This document shows positions 61,038 to 64,000 of a stretch of 64,000 bases of DNA, in pieces (the first letter of the stretch is position 1; each line of letters starts with the position of its first letter). The notes under the pieces were generated by a model, which saw only the letters and a list, made by a program, of their open reading frames with translations, was not told the DNA's origin and searched no databases. This DNA is from Gracilinanus agilis (taxonomy: Eukaryota). A program made the position numbers and the translations under genes. Where the stretch lies: assembly GCF_016433145.1 (NCBI RefSeq), contig NC_058133.1:30909084-30973083 (forward strand), in the 5' to 3' direction.

Positions 61038-62488
61038 TTTTAGCCCTATTTTACAGAGGAGGAAACTCTGGCTCCGGGAGTTGGTGACGTGCCCCTGGTC
61101 TCACGGCTAGGAAGTGTCAGAGGCCAGATTCCAGCTCAGCTTTCCTGGCTCCGGGTTCCGTGGGTCAGCCGCTGCCCCACTCCGCCTCTCGGGGGTCCTT
61201 GGCTGCACCCTGGGTGTCCTCAAACGTCCTTCTCCAAGCTCCCTTGCCCGGGGCTCCCCAGGATCTGGCGTCAGCTGGAAGCACCCCAGTTGCTCCGGCT
61301 GCCCCTGCCCTCCCCATCCCTCCCTGCTCTCGCCTCCTTCTCATATTCACTGTCCTGTTTTTGGAAAAGGCTCCACAGCATTAGATTACGTCCCGATAAG
61401 GGAGCTCCCCGCAGCCTTCGCTGGCCCCTTACAATGTCCCATCTGTTCCCCCTTAGAGCCCAATATCCCCGGAGTTGTACAAACCCGTAAATAAATAGAG
61501 GGAGGCCCGGTATTATCACTTCCTCCCAACTGGTGTTTATCGCAAGTTTTCAAACAAGCTTCACAATTCTAAAATCATTTGGGATCTCGTTGGCCTTTTG
61601 TTTTTTCTTTCTTAAAGCAACAGGGTAACTTCAGTCCTGCCAGGCCCCGCCAGGATCAACATCAGCCTGCAGAGCCGAGAGCCGGAGAGCGGGATGTTCT
61701 TCCTGGTGAACCCAGCAGGCCAGAGTGTAAACGAAACAAACGCCTGCCCTGGGCCCCGGCCAGGCCCTCCCCACCTCCCCACACTGGCTCCCACCTTCCT
61801 CTCCAGCCGGGGTCTCCGTGACTCCCACACACATGTACGGACGCTCCAGCCAGACCCAGGAAAAGCTTCCCTTCTGGGTGTCCTGCGTGGGAAGGACGTG
61901 AAGAGAGAAGAGGACCAGGACGGGGACGGACCCTGAGTCCGGGCCGGGTGACGATTGGGTTCAATGAACTGGAAATGTTTAGGCTGGACAAGGCATGAGA
62001 GCTATCTCCGAGGGTCATCGGGTAGAATATGGCAGAAGGTGGCTTGTTCTGTTGGGCCCAACATGGCGGAACAAGGTGGGATGCATGAAAGGTGCAGGAG
62101 GGTAGATTTCATCTCTATGTAAGGGAGATTTTCTTGTAAATTATTGTTCTTCAGTCATTTTTCAGTAATGTCCAATCCTCGGTGACCCTCTTTGGAGCTT
62201 ACTTGGCAAGAAGACCGGAATGGGTTGCCATTTCTTTTCCAGATCATTTTATGGACGAGGGAACAGGGTTAAGCAACTTGCCTGGATCGCAAAGCTAGTA
62301 AGTGTCTAAGGCTGGATTTGAACTCTGGTCTTCCTAACTCCAAGCCTAAAACACAATATAGGAAGAAGCAAAGCCAGGAATCAGCCTCAGTCTCCAGGTT
62401 CCCAAGGGTGATGCACTTTCCCCAGTCCCCTGAGGTTTCTACCATCACCCACAAAGATCCCTTGAACTGGAGGTTTAAAACCATTATA

Positions 62489-62672
62489 GGGGCAGCTGGG
62501 TAGCTCAGTGGATTGAGAGTCAGGCCTAGAGACGGGAGGTCCTAGGCTCAAATCTGATCTCAGACACTTCCCAGCTGTGTGACCCTGGGCAAGTCCCTTG
62601 ACCCCCATTGCCCACCCTTACCACTCTTCCACCTAGGGGCCAATACACAGAAGTTAAGGGTTTAAAAAAAAA
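62489..62672 (+). mobile_element. Young SINE1_Mdo-type SINE
   Basis: Full head, core and tail; degenerate TSD (AAAACCATTATA versus AAAACATTACA). Confidence 0.93.
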
Positions 62673-62829
62673 CATTACATCAATGATTCAAGCATTAATT
62701 AAGTACCTACTGTGTGTCAAGCACTTAACTAGATGCTGGAGATACATCAGCATTCCTGCCTTCCAGTAGCTTACATTCTGGGGAGAGAAAGATAAAAGTG
62801 TACTTAGAAAATAGATACAGAGTGAGAAG

Positions 62830-63320
62830 CAGGATGATTTCAGAAAAAGCTAGAAAGATCTGCATAATTCAGTGGAATTGCTCATCAACTACAAGAGGGG
62901 GGAGAAAAGAGGGGAGGGAGAGAACACAAATCATGTAACCATGGGAAGATGTTTTTTAAAATATTAAAAAAATAAAAATTATATTTAAAAAAGAAAGAAA
63001 AATCTTCATGAACTGATGCAGAGCAAAATAAGCAGAACCAAGAGAACATCGTTCACAGTAACTGCAATATTGTGGAATGATCAGCTGTGAAAACTTGGCT
63101 ACTCTCAGCAATGCCATGATCTGGGGCAATTCTGAAGGACGTACGATGAGGAAGGCTATCCGCCTCCAGAGAAAGAGCTGGTTGGTGGAGTCAGATGAAT
63201 GCGGACCGAAGTAGACTATCTCTCTCATCAGTGTATTAACGGTTTCATTTTGGGGCTTTGCTCTTATATGAGTCTGCTCTTACAACAATAACCAATATGG
63301 AAGTGTGTTCTGCATGATAA
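62830..63320 (+). mobile_element. Older L1 3' region containing a nested short L1 3' end (62866-62995)
   Basis: Host GATGATTTCAGAAAAAG...CATGAACTGATGCAGAG is split by the insert; TSD-like AGAAAGATCTGCAT (62852-62865) and AGAAAAATCTTCAT (62996-63009). Confidence 0.8.
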
Positions 63321-63619
63321 AAAGAAAAGAAGTACAGAACAAATGGAAAGTAATCTGAAAGGGGAAGGCACTCCCAGCTGAGGAGACAGGGAAAGGCTTC
63401 CAGAATAAGGTGGCATGGAGCAGAATCTTTAAGGATTCTAAGAGGCAAAGGGGAGGAGGAAGAGCATTATAGGCATGAGGGACAGCCAGTACAAAGGCTT
63501 GTAGGTAGGAGATCTGGGGGATTTTAGTCTCCTCCAAGCTTCCCATGAGTTAAGTGGATAATTGTCTTGAGCAGCAAAAATCCATAGAAGGCAGGAATCC
63601 CTCCATCTTTTGCCCTAGT

Positions 63620-63930
63620 CTCACCATATCTGTAGTACTGGGTTCATTTCTGAGTGCCGTGTTTGAAGAAAGACTTTGACCAACCAAAGAGGATCCACAA
63701 GATGGCACCCAGGATGGCAAATGACCGTATTTCATTTGGTAGGAGGAAGTTAACCTTGTTCTGCTTGATCCACAAGGGAAGAACCAGGAATACTTGGTGG
63801 AAATTGGAAAGAAGCAAATTTAGGCGCACCATCAGGCATATCTTCCTGGTGGTGGGAACTTTCTTAAGATAGACCGTACTGCCCCAGGAGGTGGTAGGCT
63901 CTCCTCTTTGGAGGTCTTCAAGGACCTAGG
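63620..63930 (+). mobile_element. L3/CR1 3' fragment
   Basis: GTAGTACTGGGTTCATTTCTG...GGCTCTCCTCTTTGGAGGTCTTCAAG. Other L3 relics lie at about 45900-46080, 47690-48060 and 54840-55200; L2 relics at about 6300-6600, 19200-19770, 20260-20700, 32870-33290 and 38050-38400. Confidence 0.75.
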
Positions 63931-64000
63931 CACATGAGCCCAACAAAGGTTTAGTTTGCATACGCTTCTGTTTTTACATGTGTTCTTCTCTGGTAGAGCT

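Noticed and set aside
1-64000. CRISPR arrays, rRNA, LTR/ERV or endogenous viral ORFs
   Set aside because: None seen: no regular repeat-spacer arrays, paired LTRs, or gag/pol/env or viral protein motifs.

Overview
Repeat-dense marsupial genomic DNA, most likely a didelphid (Monodelphis-like). The assignment rests on abundant SINE1_Mdo/Mar1-type CORE-SINEs, marsupial L1, RTE, L2 and L3/CR1 relics and hAT MITEs. It is a draft assembly with seven N-gaps. I found no intact, recognisable protein-coding gene. Nearly all ORFs in the track are chance frames in repeats or GC-rich sequence. Recognisable coding remnants are an intronless, 3'-truncated riboflavin kinase (RFK) retrocopy (minus, 56078-56296), L1 ORF1/ORF2 remnants (50-54 kb) and RTE reverse-transcriptase fragments. 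A CpG-rich block at about 24-27 kb holds a possible unassigned terminal exon and ancient repeats that look shifted towards GC. The most notable observations are: a 73-bp, 90%-identical inverted segment shared by two otherwise decayed L3 fragments; a half-L1-like element; a 48-bp L1-5'-end-like insert flanked by a 19-bp duplication; a hAT MITE with an 8-bp TSD whose empty site is visible elsewhere in the window; and several transcription-factor motif clusters. Repeat family names are from recall, not from a database search, and repeat boundaries without TSDs are approximate.
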